Positions 19,211-28,452 of a DNA stretch of 64,000 bases are shown one piece after another. Source of the stretch: Paracoccaceae bacterium (GTDB taxonomy: Bacteria > Pseudomonadota > Alphaproteobacteria > Rhodobacterales > Rhodobacteraceae); NCBI GenBank assembly GCA_050256375.1, contig JBBWVU010000020.1, forward strand, positions 38,485 through 102,484. Direction: 5' to 3'. Within the stretch, counting starts at the first letter, position 1, and each line of letters opens with the position of its first letter. The position numbers were made by a program, and so were the translations under genes. Below the pieces are notes generated by a model. That model did not search any database. It saw only the letters and a list, made by a program, of their open reading frames with translations, and was not told the DNA's origin.

Positions 19211-20806
19211 CTATACCTGCATTTCCTTTGTCGCCGTCAACGTAACATCTGGATAATCCCGTTCCACTCTATCAATGTCCCATTGCAGGCGGGTCAGGTA
19301 GACGGGATCGCCGTCGTGGTCCTCGGCCATGTGGCCCATATTGGCTTTGACGAAACCTTCCACCGCGTCGCGGGATCCCGAGACCCAACGTGCCGATGTG
19401 AACTGTGTCGGCTCGAACCGAACAGGTAGGCCGTATTCGATCTCTATCCGTGACGCGAGTACTTCGAATTGCAACGGGCCGACCACGCCGACAATAAAAC
19501 CGGAACCGATGGAGGGTTTGAACAGTTTCGCAGCCCCTTCCTCGGCAAACTGGTTCAGTGCTTTTTCCAGATGTTTCGCTTTCAGCGGGTCGCCAGCGCG
19601 AACGTTCTGCAACAGTTCCGGCGCAAACGACGGGATACCGGTAAAACGGATATTCTCGCCCTCGGTCAGGCTGTCACCTATGCGCAACTGGCCGTGGTTG
19701 GGGATGCCGATAATGTCGCCGGCCCAGGCGTCTTCGGTTACCGCGCGATCGTTCGCAAGGAACATCATAGGGTTGGAGATCGCCATCTGTTTGCCGGAAC
19801 GGACGTGCTTTAATTTCATCCCGCGCTTGAAGTGGCCGGAACACAGGCGCACGAACGCAATCCGGTCGCGGTGCTTGGGGTCCATATTCGCCTGAACCTT
19901 AAAGACAAAACCTGAAACCTTCGTTTCGGCTGGGTCCACTTCGCGCGGCGTGCCCGGACGCACCTGCGGTGGCGGGCCGAATGTCGCGATGCCGTCCATC
20001 AGTTCTTGCACGCCAAACGAGTTGATCGCCGAACCGAACCAGATCGGCGTCATCGTCCCGTCCAGAAACGCTTGCCGGTCGAATTTCGGCAGCAATTCAC
20101 GCACCATTTCGACCTCTTCGTGCAATGTCGCTAGCAACTCGGCAGGCACATGCTTTTCAATTGCGGGGTCGTCCAGCCCGTCAATCTGGATGCTGTCAGC
20201 CTTCACATTCCGGTCGGCACGGTCCATCAAGATAATACGGTCGTTGAATATATCGTAGGTGCCAATGAATTCCCGCCCGATGCCGATCGGCCATGAGGCA
20301 GGACACACATCAATCGCCAGATTTTCCTGAATTTCGTCAATGATATCAAAGGTGTCACGACTTTCACGGTCCATCTTGTTACAGAACGTCACAATAGGAA
20401 GGTCACGTAGGCGGCAGACCTCGAACAGTTTCTGCGTCTGGCTTTCCACACCCTTCGCGCCGTCAATTACCATAATAGCAGCATCAACAGCGGTCAAAGT
20501 CCGATATGTATCCTCGGAGAAATCCGAGTGGCCCGGCGTGTCCACTAAATTGAACCAGAATTCGCGAAACTCGAATGACATGGCAGAGGCGGAAACTGAG
20601 ATCCCGCGATCCTTTTCCATTTGCATGAAGTCTGAACGCGAACGGCGTGCATCGCCTTTAGCCCGCACCTGTCCCGCCATCTGGATAGCACCGCCAAACA
20701 GAAGGAATTTCTCGGTCAACGTCGTTTTACCAGCGTCGGGATGCGAGATAATCGCAAAGGTCCGGCGGCGTGCTATTTCGGGGTGTGTTTGGGCATTATC
20801 TAACAT
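19211..20806 (-). CDS. prfC: Peptide chain release factor 3
   Basis: RRRTFAIISHPDAGKTT, DTPGHSDFSEDTYRTL and NKMD. Confidence 0.97.
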   Translation of the reverse strand: MLDNAQTHPEIARRRTFAIISHPDAGKTTLTEKFLLFGGAIQMAGQVRAKGDARRSRSDFMQMEKDRGISVSASAMSFEFREFWFNLVDTPGHSDFSEDTYRTLTAVDAAIMVIDGAKGVESQTQKLFEVCRLRDLPIVTFCNKMDRESRDTFDIIDEIQENLAIDVCPASWPIGIGREFIGTYDIFNDRIILMDRADRNVKADSIQIDGLDDPAIEKHVPAELLATLHEEVEMVRELLPKFDRQAFLDGTMTPIWFGSAINSFGVQELMDGIATFGPPPQVRPGTPREVDPAETKVSGFVFKVQANMDPKHRDRIAFVRLCSGHFKRGMKLKHVRSGKQMAISNPMMFLANDRAVTEDAWAGDIIGIPNHGQLRIGDSLTEGENIRFTGIPSFAPELLQNVRAGDPLKAKHLEKALNQFAEEGAAKLFKPSIGSGFIVGVVGPLQFEVLASRIEIEYGLPVRFEPTQFTSARWVSGSRDAVEGFVKANMGHMAEDHDGDPVYLTRLQWDIDRVERDYPDVTLTATKEMQV

Positions 20807-20911
20807 GCCCGCGATATAGGGCAGGGCGCGGTAAAGAGCAAGATTTCAGTTGGCGGGGTCTTCCGATTTTGTTAGTATCCCGCGATACAAAGGTTAATTC
20901 AGGAGCAGATT

Positions 20912-21241
20912 ATGATTAATTTTAAAAATGGTGGCGTTATCATTATCGCGACCACATTTCTGTTACAGGCTTGTGCGTCCACGACCCCCGAATATTTTCA
21001 GGAAGTTGACGTGATCGCAACGCAGGCCGCCGAGGATATGATTGTCGAGGTACAGGCGTGCAACTCGACCACGTTGCAGTGGATGGTGGGTCAATCCCAA
21101 ACAATTATTGCAGCAGTTGAAATCACCGGGCCAGTGCGGATTATCGGTGTGGGTCAGGTGGTCACTATGGATTACGATCCTTTCAGAACAAACTTTTATC
21201 TCGATGTGGCTGACCGCATCACCCGCGTAACCTGCGGTTAA
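20912..21241 (+). CDS. Lipoprotein, peptidase inhibitor I78 family
   Basis: Lipobox LQAC and C-terminal VTMDY...R.N..LD....ITRVTCG. Confidence 0.75.
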   Translation: MINFKNGGVIIIATTFLLQACASTTPEYFQEVDVIATQAAEDMIVEVQACNSTTLQWMVGQSQTIIAAVEITGPVRIIGVGQVVTMDYDPFRTNFYLDVADRITRVTCG

Positions 21242-21256
21242 CTTAAGGAAAAGACT

Positions 21257-22036
21257 ATGGATTTAGGGATCAAGGGCAAAACTGCCATCGTGTGCGCGGC
21301 CTCCAAAGGGTTGGGGCGCGGTTGTGCCGAGGCTTTGGCCGAGGCAGGCGTTAACCTTGTTATCAACGCACGCACCGAAGGCCCGCTGATTGAGGCGGCG
21401 CAGGAGATTGCGACTAAATATGGTGTCTCGGTTACACCGATCGCTTGCGATATTACCACTGCCGAAGGGCAAGCGTTGGTTTTGGCGGCTTGTCCAAACC
21501 CTGACATTCTGGTGAACAACGCTGGTGGCCCCCCTCCGGGGATGTGGTCTGACTGGGATCGTGAAGATTTCATTAAGGCGCTGGATGCCAATATGCTAAC
21601 ACCGATTGCCCTGATGAAGGCAGTTTTGCCAAGCATGATGGAAAAGGGCTGGGGACGGATCGTTAACATCACCTCGCAATCTGTGAAATCACCGATTCCT
21701 GTTCTGGGATTATCGAACGCCGCACGTGCTGGATTGACCGGATATGTCGGCGGCACCAGCCGTCAGGTTGCGCCAAGTGGTGTGACGATAAACAATCTGC
21801 AACCGGGCATCCATGCAACGGACCGGGCGGTCAGTCTGGATAAGGGCGTTTCCGATGCACAAGGCATCACTATGGACGAGGCTGCCACCCAACGCATGGC
21901 CACCATTCCTGCACGCCGTTACGGCACTTCGACTGAATTCGGCGCGACCTGTGCATTCTTGTGTTCGCAGCATGCGGGCTTTATTGTCGGGCAAAACATC
22001 TTGTTGGACGGCGGGGCCGTGAACACGACGATGTAA
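21257..22036 (+). CDS. SDR family oxidoreductase
   Basis: CAASKGLG, NNAGGPPPG and LSNAAR. Confidence 0.88.
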   Translation: MDLGIKGKTAIVCAASKGLGRGCAEALAEAGVNLVINARTEGPLIEAAQEIATKYGVSVTPIACDITTAEGQALVLAACPNPDILVNNAGGPPPGMWSDWDREDFIKALDANMLTPIALMKAVLPSMMEKGWGRIVNITSQSVKSPIPVLGLSNAARAGLTGYVGGTSRQVAPSGVTINNLQPGIHATDRAVSLDKGVSDAQGITMDEAATQRMATIPARRYGTSTEFGATCAFLCSQHAGFIVGQNILLDGGAVNTTM

Positions 22037-22126
22037 CGATTGCGTAACTACACGATATTGTAATTTGTGAAGCAGCAAAGCCCACGATAATACTTGGGTA
22101 TCATTTACTATGAGGCAGACAACTCA

Positions 22127-23173
22127 ATGAAACACGAAGTCGTTCAGGATTATTATGGTAAGGTTTTGCAAAGGTCCGAAGACCTGCAGACCAACGCCTG
22201 TTGCACACCAGAAGATATGCCCGGCTACCTCAAGGCGGTTCTTTCGAAAATCCATGACGATGTTCTGGCGCGATATTACGGCTGCGGGCTGGTGGCGCCG
22301 CAGGATCTGACGGGGATGCGTGTCCTCGATCTAGGTAGCGGCTCGGGGCGCGATGTTTATGCGTTGGCAGGGCTAGTCGGCCCGGAGGGATACGTTGTTG
22401 GAGTCGATATGACAGACGAGCAGCTCGACGTTGCCCGCCGCCACGTTGATTTTCACGCCGATGCTTTTGGTTATGCCGCCCCGAACGTAGAGTTCCACAA
22501 GGGTTACATTGAAAAACTCGATGAACTGGGACTTGAGGATGGTAGTTTCGACATCATCATATCGAATTGCGTAATCAACCTGTCCCCCGACAAAGAAGCG
22601 GTTCTGCGCGAGGTTTACCGCCTGCTTAAACCGGGCGGCGAGATGTATTTCTCGGACGTTTACTCCGACCGCCGCGTACCGAACGAATTGCTGGACGATC
22701 CGGTACTGTATGGCGAATGTTTAAGCGGGGCACTTTACTGGAACGATTTCGAGAATTTGGCGAAGAAAACGGGTTTCAATGATCCACGGTTGGTCGAAGA
22801 CCGGGTGCTGACCATAGAAAACCCCGATATGGAACAAAAATTGGCGGGTATCGGGTTCTATTCCGCCACGTACCGCCTGTTTAAGCTGGAAGGGTTGGAG
22901 CCAACTTGCGAAGATTACGGGCACTCGGCCAAATATAAAGGTACAATGGAAAACGCGCCCGAGTTCTTCGATCTCGATAAGGGGCACCGCTTTGATATCG
23001 GGGCGGATCATCCGGTCTGTGGCAACACTTATCTGATGCTCGCTGATAGTCGTTTCGCGGTGCATTTCGAATTCACCGGCTCGTTTGACACGCATCGTGG
23101 CCTGTTCGAGGGCTGTGGCAGCGCCATTCCATTTGGGCAGGATTCCAGCGCTGGCGGTTCAAGTTGCTGCTAG
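22127..23173 (+). CDS. arsM: Arsenite methyltransferase-like (ArsM/AS3MT family) SAM-dependent methyltransferase
   Basis: TNACC, RYYGCG, LDLGSGSGRD, ISNCVINL and YGECLSGAL, matching the conserved Cys positions of As(III) methyltransferases. Confidence 0.7.
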   Translation: MKHEVVQDYYGKVLQRSEDLQTNACCTPEDMPGYLKAVLSKIHDDVLARYYGCGLVAPQDLTGMRVLDLGSGSGRDVYALAGLVGPEGYVVGVDMTDEQLDVARRHVDFHADAFGYAAPNVEFHKGYIEKLDELGLEDGSFDIIISNCVINLSPDKEAVLREVYRLLKPGGEMYFSDVYSDRRVPNELLDDPVLYGECLSGALYWNDFENLAKKTGFNDPRLVEDRVLTIENPDMEQKLAGIGFYSATYRLFKLEGLEPTCEDYGHSAKYKGTMENAPEFFDLDKGHRFDIGADHPVCGNTYLMLADSRFAVHFEFTGSFDTHRGLFEGCGSAIPFGQDSSAGGSSCC

Positions 23174-23240
23174 CAAGGGTTGCCCCAGCGTGATCCTGTT
23201 GCTAATACCCGATTAAAACTATCGGATACATGGCAGGAGC

Positions 23241-24335
23241 TTGCGTTTGAGCCAAACCGCTAAACTCGTTCTTGAGGACATTACCCGCACGTTCGACGGT
23301 CGAAAGGTCGTGGATGAGTTGTCAATCAGTTTGCAGCCGGGGCAAGTGACGTGCTTGCTTGGTCCCTCGGGGTGTGGCAAATCCACGACGCTGCGGATTG
23401 CGGCGGGTGTGGATCGTCAAGACGGCGGGCGGGTGTTGTTGGATGGGCAGGTGATCTCGGATAACCAGCACCATTTGCCACCGGAAAAACGCTCGATTGG
23501 GCTGATGTTTCAGGATTTCGCCCTTTTCCCCCATCTTACGGTTGCCCAGAACGTTGCCTTCGGGCTGAAAGGCTCGGGTAAGGAACCCGCGGTCACAGCG
23601 ATGCTGGAACGTGTCGGGCTGATCAACTACGGCGACAAGTATCCACACCTGCTGTCAGGAGGCGAGCAACAGCGTGTTGCGCTGGCGCGCGCATTGGCGC
23701 CCAAGCCGAACGTAATGCTAATGGACGAGCCGTTCAGCGGCCTGGACAACCGTCTGCGTGACGGTATCCGTGATGAAACCCTGCATATCCTGAAAGAGGA
23801 AGGCACCTCGGTGTTGCTGGTCACACACGAACCCGAGGAAGCGATGCGGATGGCTGACCAGATTGCATTGATGCGCGGCGGTAAAATCGTGCAGATCGGC
23901 GCGCCCTACAACATTTACAACAACCCTAAAGACCGTGAGGCGGCGGCGTTTTTCTCGGATGTAAACGTAATTTTGGGCGTGGCCGAGAATTTCCAGACGC
24001 AAACTCCGTTTGGCCTGTTTTTCACGCCAGCCTTGCAGGATCGCACCGATGTCGAGATTGTTATTCGCCCGCAGCACTTAAAAATCGACTTTGACCGCAA
24101 CGGCACTGGTCCGAATGAAACGTCCACCGATGGTGTTCCGGCGCGCGGCGTGGTTCAACGAGCGCGGTTCCTTGGTAACGAAAGTCTGGTTGAATTGCGG
24201 ATGGATTACGACGATTCTACTCTCACAGCCGCAATCCCGGGGGTATTCTTGCCCAAAGACGGCACGCCTTTATGGTTGTCCATGCGTCGGGATCGCTGTT
24301 TTGTTTTCCCATGTGCAAAGCAAAAATTCGCCTGA
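23241..24335 (+). CDS. ABC transporter ATP-binding protein (FbpC/PotA-like)
   Basis: GPSGCGKST, LSGGEQQRVALARAL and DEPFS; TTG start. Confidence 0.88.
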   Translation: MRLSQTAKLVLEDITRTFDGRKVVDELSISLQPGQVTCLLGPSGCGKSTTLRIAAGVDRQDGGRVLLDGQVISDNQHHLPPEKRSIGLMFQDFALFPHLTVAQNVAFGLKGSGKEPAVTAMLERVGLINYGDKYPHLLSGGEQQRVALARALAPKPNVMLMDEPFSGLDNRLRDGIRDETLHILKEEGTSVLLVTHEPEEAMRMADQIALMRGGKIVQIGAPYNIYNNPKDREAAAFFSDVNVILGVAENFQTQTPFGLFFTPALQDRTDVEIVIRPQHLKIDFDRNGTGPNETSTDGVPARGVVQRARFLGNESLVELRMDYDDSTLTAAIPGVFLPKDGTPLWLSMRRDRCFVFPCAKQKFA

Positions 24336-24466
24336 AAACCTGCGACATCTTCAAATTTCGGGTCGGATTGCTTATTTGGGGTTTGTATACCTGTGTGATA
24401 GTTAATAAAAGCAGTGCGAACAGAACATAACCGGAGCTAACCGGAAAATCTTAAGGGAGCATTAAA

Positions 24467-24682
24467 ATGCTGAATAACATTGGCCTTCCAGGCCTTCTAC
24501 TTATCGCCGTTGTGGTGCTGGTTCTTTTCGGCCGCGGCAAGATTTCGTCCCTGATGGGCGAAGTTGGCAAAGGAATCACCAGCTTTAAGCGCGGCGTTTC
24601 CGAAGGCAAGGACGAGCTTGAAAAAGCGGCTTCCGAAGAAGCTGTTGACGTGACACCTACGGCTGAAAAAGACGAAGCCTGA
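24467..24682 (+). CDS. tatA: Twin-arginine translocase subunit TatA
   Basis: N-terminal TM, LFGRGKI and FKRG. Confidence 0.95.
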   Translation: MLNNIGLPGLLLIAVVVLVLFGRGKISSLMGEVGKGITSFKRGVSEGKDELEKAASEEAVDVTPTAEKDEA

Positions 24683-24703
24683 TTTAACCAGAAGGCTTAG
24701 TCC

Positions 24704-25321
24704 ATGTTTGATATTGGCTTTTCCGAGCTAATGGTGATTGGTGTTGTGTCGCTGATCGTTGTCGGCCCCAAGGATCTACCGGGCATGTTCCGTACTGTTG
24801 GACGGTATGTGGGCAAAGCCAAATCTATGGCTCGCGAGTTCCAGCGCTCGATGGAGGATGCGGCCGACGCGTCCGGCATGTCGGATATCACCGCTGATTT
24901 TAAAAATATGGCGAGCGGGTTGGATGACGTCAAAGATATAATGAATCCGGTCGGGGCGGGCACGAAAAAAGTTAAAGACAAATTTAACAAAATTTTGGAT
25001 GCCAAAGATACTGGCGTTCCGTTGAGAGACGAGGACGAAGATCCCGAGGCGGCGGCTGATAAAGAATTCGCTACCGATTTGGTAGATGATGATCCGGACA
25101 CCGCGATTGTAGAAATCGTCGAGGATGCGCCGAAGCCAAAGGCCAAATCGAAGGGTAAGGCCGCGGCAAAGCCTAAGGCGAAAACTGCGGCCAAGCCCAA
25201 GGCGAAGGCGACTGCAAAGCCTAAAGCGGCAGCAATACCGAAAACTGCTGCCAAGCCGAAGCCGAAACCCAAGGCTAAGCCCAAAGCCAAATCTATATCC
25301 AGTGAAAGTTCGCAGACATGA
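24704..25321 (+). CDS. tatB: Twin-arginine translocase subunit TatB with Lys/Ala/Pro-rich tail
   Basis: MFDIGFSELMVIGVVSLIVVGPKDLP. Confidence 0.95.
   Translation: MFDIGFSELMVIGVVSLIVVGPKDLPGMFRTVGRYVGKAKSMAREFQRSMEDAADASGMSDITADFKNMASGLDDVKDIMNPVGAGTKKVKDKFNKILDAKDTGVPLRDEDEDPEAAADKEFATDLVDDDPDTAIVEIVEDAPKPKAKSKGKAAAKPKAKTAAKPKAKATAKPKAAAIPKTAAKPKPKPKAKPKAKSISSESSQT
25130..25291 (+). repeat. Degenerate (A/T)AKPKAK peptide repeats in the TatB C-terminus
   Basis: PKPKAKSKGKAAAKPKAKTAAKPKAKATAKPKAAAIPKTAAKPKPKPKAKPKAK. Confidence 0.85.
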
Positions 25322-26277
25322 GTGATAGCGAGACGGAAATCGAAGAATCCACCGCCCCGTTGATCGAACACCTGACGGAATTGCGCACGCGGATTATCCG
25401 CTCTGTGATCGCATTCCTTGTCGGTATGGTAATTTGCTTCCCGTTCGCCGAACAAATCCTGTCGTTTCTGGCGGAACCAATGGCCGACATCATGCGCGCG
25501 CGCGGCGAGGAACCGCAGCTGTTTTTCGACGCCCCGCAAGACGCCTTTTTCGCCTATGTAAAAATAGCGGTGCTGTTCGGGTTCGCCCTGACCTCGCCTT
25601 ATATCGGTATGCAAATGTGGCGTTTCGTGGCGCCGGGTCTTTATAAGACCGAACGTGGCGCATTTTTGCCATTCCTGATTGCCTCGCCCGTGCTGTTCAT
25701 CGCAGGTGGAGCGTTCGCCTATTACGTTGTGATGCCGCTGGCGATGAACTTCTTCCTTGGTTTCGGTAACGTTATCCCGATGCTGTCGAGCATGCTTGGC
25801 CTTGGCGGTGAGGCTGCGCCGGACACAGAGATTGTCGAAAACGGTCTGAAGGTGTTCTATTTTGGTTCGATCAAGGAATATCTGGCGCTAGCGATCAAAT
25901 TCATTGTGGCCTTTGGAATCTGCTTCCAGCTTCCTGTTCTGCTGACCCTGATGGGTAAGGCGGGGCTGGTCTCGGCTGCGGGTCTGAAATCGGTTCGGAA
26001 ATACGCTATGGTTGCCATTCTGGTACTGGCTGCGATTGTTACGCCTCCGGATGTCATCACTCAGGGTATTTTGTTTGTAGTAGTTTACGGCCTTTACGAA
26101 GTCTCGATTGTGCTCGTGAAAATCGTCGAAAAGAAACGTGAAGAACGTCTGCGGGCCGAAGGGTATTACGACGACGAAGATGAAGCTGAAGAAGCTGCGA
26201 AGAAATCGGAAAGCAGTGACGACGACGCAGAAGAAGTCGATCCACTGTTGGTTGAATTCGACGAGGATGACGACTAA
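25318..26277 (+). CDS. tatC: Twin-arginine translocase subunit TatC
   Basis: APLIEHLTELRTR, FVAPGLY.TE, FQLPV and TPPD. Confidence 0.96.
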   Translation: MSDSETEIEESTAPLIEHLTELRTRIIRSVIAFLVGMVICFPFAEQILSFLAEPMADIMRARGEEPQLFFDAPQDAFFAYVKIAVLFGFALTSPYIGMQMWRFVAPGLYKTERGAFLPFLIASPVLFIAGGAFAYYVVMPLAMNFFLGFGNVIPMLSSMLGLGGEAAPDTEIVENGLKVFYFGSIKEYLALAIKFIVAFGICFQLPVLLTLMGKAGLVSAAGLKSVRKYAMVAILVLAAIVTPPDVITQGILFVVVYGLYEVSIVLVKIVEKKREERLRAEGYYDDEDEAEEAAKKSESSDDDAEEVDPLLVEFDEDDD

Positions 26278-27110
26278 TGGATCCGACAGAACGGATTGCA
26301 CAGGCGCTTGAGCGTATAAGCCCGGCGCCCGTTCCAGCACCTGATTTCAGCGTCGCTGAAGCGTTTGTTTGGCATTGTGAACCGGACCGCCTTGAATCTG
26401 TGCATCAAGTGAACCGCGTCGAAATCGGCCTTTTGGTCGGGATTGATCGTTCGCGTGACACGCTGCTGACTAATACTTTGCAATTTGCAAACGGCAAACC
26501 TGCGAACAACGCCCTGCTGTGGGGAGCGCGCGGCACGGGGAAATCCTCGTTGGTCAAGGCAGCACATGCCGAAGTAGTTAAGCAGGCCAAAGACCTGAAA
26601 CTAATCGAAATACAGCGGGAAGACTTGCCCTCGATTGGTCGGCTTTTGAACCTTCTGCGTGGGTTGGAATTGCGTTTCCTGCTGTTTTGCGACGACCTGT
26701 CGTTTGACCATGACGACAGCCATTACAAATCGCTTAAGGCGGTTCTGGATGGCGGGATCGAGGGGCGGCCAGACAATGTATTGTTCTATGCTACATCGAA
26801 CCGCCGCCACCTGATGCCCCGCGACATGATCGAGAACGAGCGCTCTACAGCGATTAGCCCCTCCGAGGCTGTCGAAGAAAAAGTCTCGCTGTCGGATCGT
26901 TTCGGTCTGTGGCTGGGCTTCCACCCCTGCGATCAAGTCCAGTATCTGGCGATGATCCGCGGATATTGCGACGCTTTGGGGATCAAGATTTCAGATGAAG
27001 ACCTGCGGGCAGAAGCGATAGAGTGGCAACAGACGCGTGGCAGCCGATCGGGGCGAGTGGCGTGGCAATACGTGACCGATCTGGCAGGGCGCAGGGGCGT
27101 TACGATTTAG
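26277..27110 (+). CDS. DUF815 family AAA+ ATP-binding protein
   Basis: WGARGTGKSS, FCDDLSF, YATSNRRHL and SLSDRFGLWLGF. Confidence 0.85.
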   Translation: MDPTERIAQALERISPAPVPAPDFSVAEAFVWHCEPDRLESVHQVNRVEIGLLVGIDRSRDTLLTNTLQFANGKPANNALLWGARGTGKSSLVKAAHAEVVKQAKDLKLIEIQREDLPSIGRLLNLLRGLELRFLLFCDDLSFDHDDSHYKSLKAVLDGGIEGRPDNVLFYATSNRRHLMPRDMIENERSTAISPSEAVEEKVSLSDRFGLWLGFHPCDQVQYLAMIRGYCDALGIKISDEDLRAEAIEWQQTRGSRSGRVAWQYVTDLAGRRGVTI

Positions 27111-28366
27111 GGTTTCGCGGCTAATGCCAAACCATCTACCACCGCTGTAAATACCGCCGATGTGTGAAACGTGGCGTTGGGGAACGCTTCGGTTGACGCA
27201 TTGTTAACGAATTCCATCAAACTGGAGCCGCCCACAAAAACCACATCGGTGATATCGTCCGCGCAACATCTGCTCATGCTTAACGTTTTGTTAATGCCAT
27301 CGACGATCTTGGTACTGTGCGGGGTCATCATCTGGTTCAGGGCCGCGTGCGATATTGCTATACTTGCGTCTTTTTCAATCAGGCCAAGATCAACAATTGA
27401 TGGCGCGGCCAACGACCGGTTTGCAGCGATCTTGGCGCTTTCGGCCAGCATCGACAACTCGTGGCCCAGTTCGAATTCCAGCACCTGAAGCAGACGTTTG
27501 AAGGGCGCGCGGTTCAAGGCGTGGCGTTGTAGATCACGGGCGAGGCGGCGGATGTCGGCGCTGTACATAAACGGGATTTTCTCCCATGTGGCCAGATCGT
27601 TGAACAGCGAAACCGGGGCCGTCGCCGTGCCACTGCCAAAGTCACGGCGCAAAGGTGCGTCTTTGCCAAGCAGAGGCATGAAATGGCGCACATTCAAAGT
27701 TTTATCGAAATCTGTACCGCCTAGTCGTTCACCGTGGGTGGCGAGGAATTGGACAGGAGTGGCTGCGTTCGGGATCGCGCGAAAAATTGAGAAATCCGAG
27801 GTTCCCCCGCCAATATCGACGATCAGGCCCAGCGATTTGGCACGATCCAGAACATTGTTGGCTAGGGCGGCGGCCTCCGGTTCGAACATGAATTCCACAT
27901 GGTTGAATCCGGCGCGGGTGTAGCATTCGCGAAGGTCGATCTCGGCTTGCTTGTCCTTGACTGGGTCATCGTGAAAATGCACAGGACGGCCAGATAGAAC
28001 GCGGTCGAATATTCGGCCTTCGACGGCTTCGGCCCGTGATTTCAATTGCGCCAGAAAACCGGCGATAATATCAAGAAAATCCAGATGTTGCCCCATAAAA
28101 TACCGCTTTTCGCGCATCAGGGATGTTCCAAGCACCCGCTTAAGCGAGCGCATGTAGCGCCCCTCGGCCCCGTCCGTCAGACAGGTGTTCGCCTTAGTAC
28201 CGATGTGAATTTCGTCGCGTGCAAAGTCAAAGAATATCGCGGTCGGTAGCGTGTCGGAGCCTTGCTCCATCGCCAAACGCCTGACTTTTCCGTCAACCAA
28301 CGTCGCCACCGCCGAGTTCGAAGTGCCAAAATCGATACCCAGCATATTATGTTGATCGTTAACCAT
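27107..28366 (-). CDS. Hsp70 family protein (YegD-like)
   Basis: GIDFGTSNS, EPEAAAL, DIGGGTSDF and FVGGSS; about 420 aa with no canonical substrate-binding domain. Confidence 0.85.
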   Translation of the reverse strand: MVNDQHNMLGIDFGTSNSAVATLVDGKVRRLAMEQGSDTLPTAIFFDFARDEIHIGTKANTCLTDGAEGRYMRSLKRVLGTSLMREKRYFMGQHLDFLDIIAGFLAQLKSRAEAVEGRIFDRVLSGRPVHFHDDPVKDKQAEIDLRECYTRAGFNHVEFMFEPEAAALANNVLDRAKSLGLIVDIGGGTSDFSIFRAIPNAATPVQFLATHGERLGGTDFDKTLNVRHFMPLLGKDAPLRRDFGSGTATAPVSLFNDLATWEKIPFMYSADIRRLARDLQRHALNRAPFKRLLQVLEFELGHELSMLAESAKIAANRSLAAPSIVDLGLIEKDASIAISHAALNQMMTPHSTKIVDGINKTLSMSRCCADDITDVVFVGGSSLMEFVNNASTEAFPNATFHTSAVFTAVVDGLALAAKP

Positions 28367-28452
28367 TTGCTAACCCTTTGGAGACGCGGAAAGGTTGGGC
28401 ATATAGCCCAGCTTTCGACGCCTTACAAACGCGAGGGATACAATACGTTAAC

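Noticed and set aside
24697-25614. 305-aa minus-strand ORF with an apparent hydrophobic ALGF repeat
   Set aside because: Reverse-complement image of the TatB KPKAK repeat.
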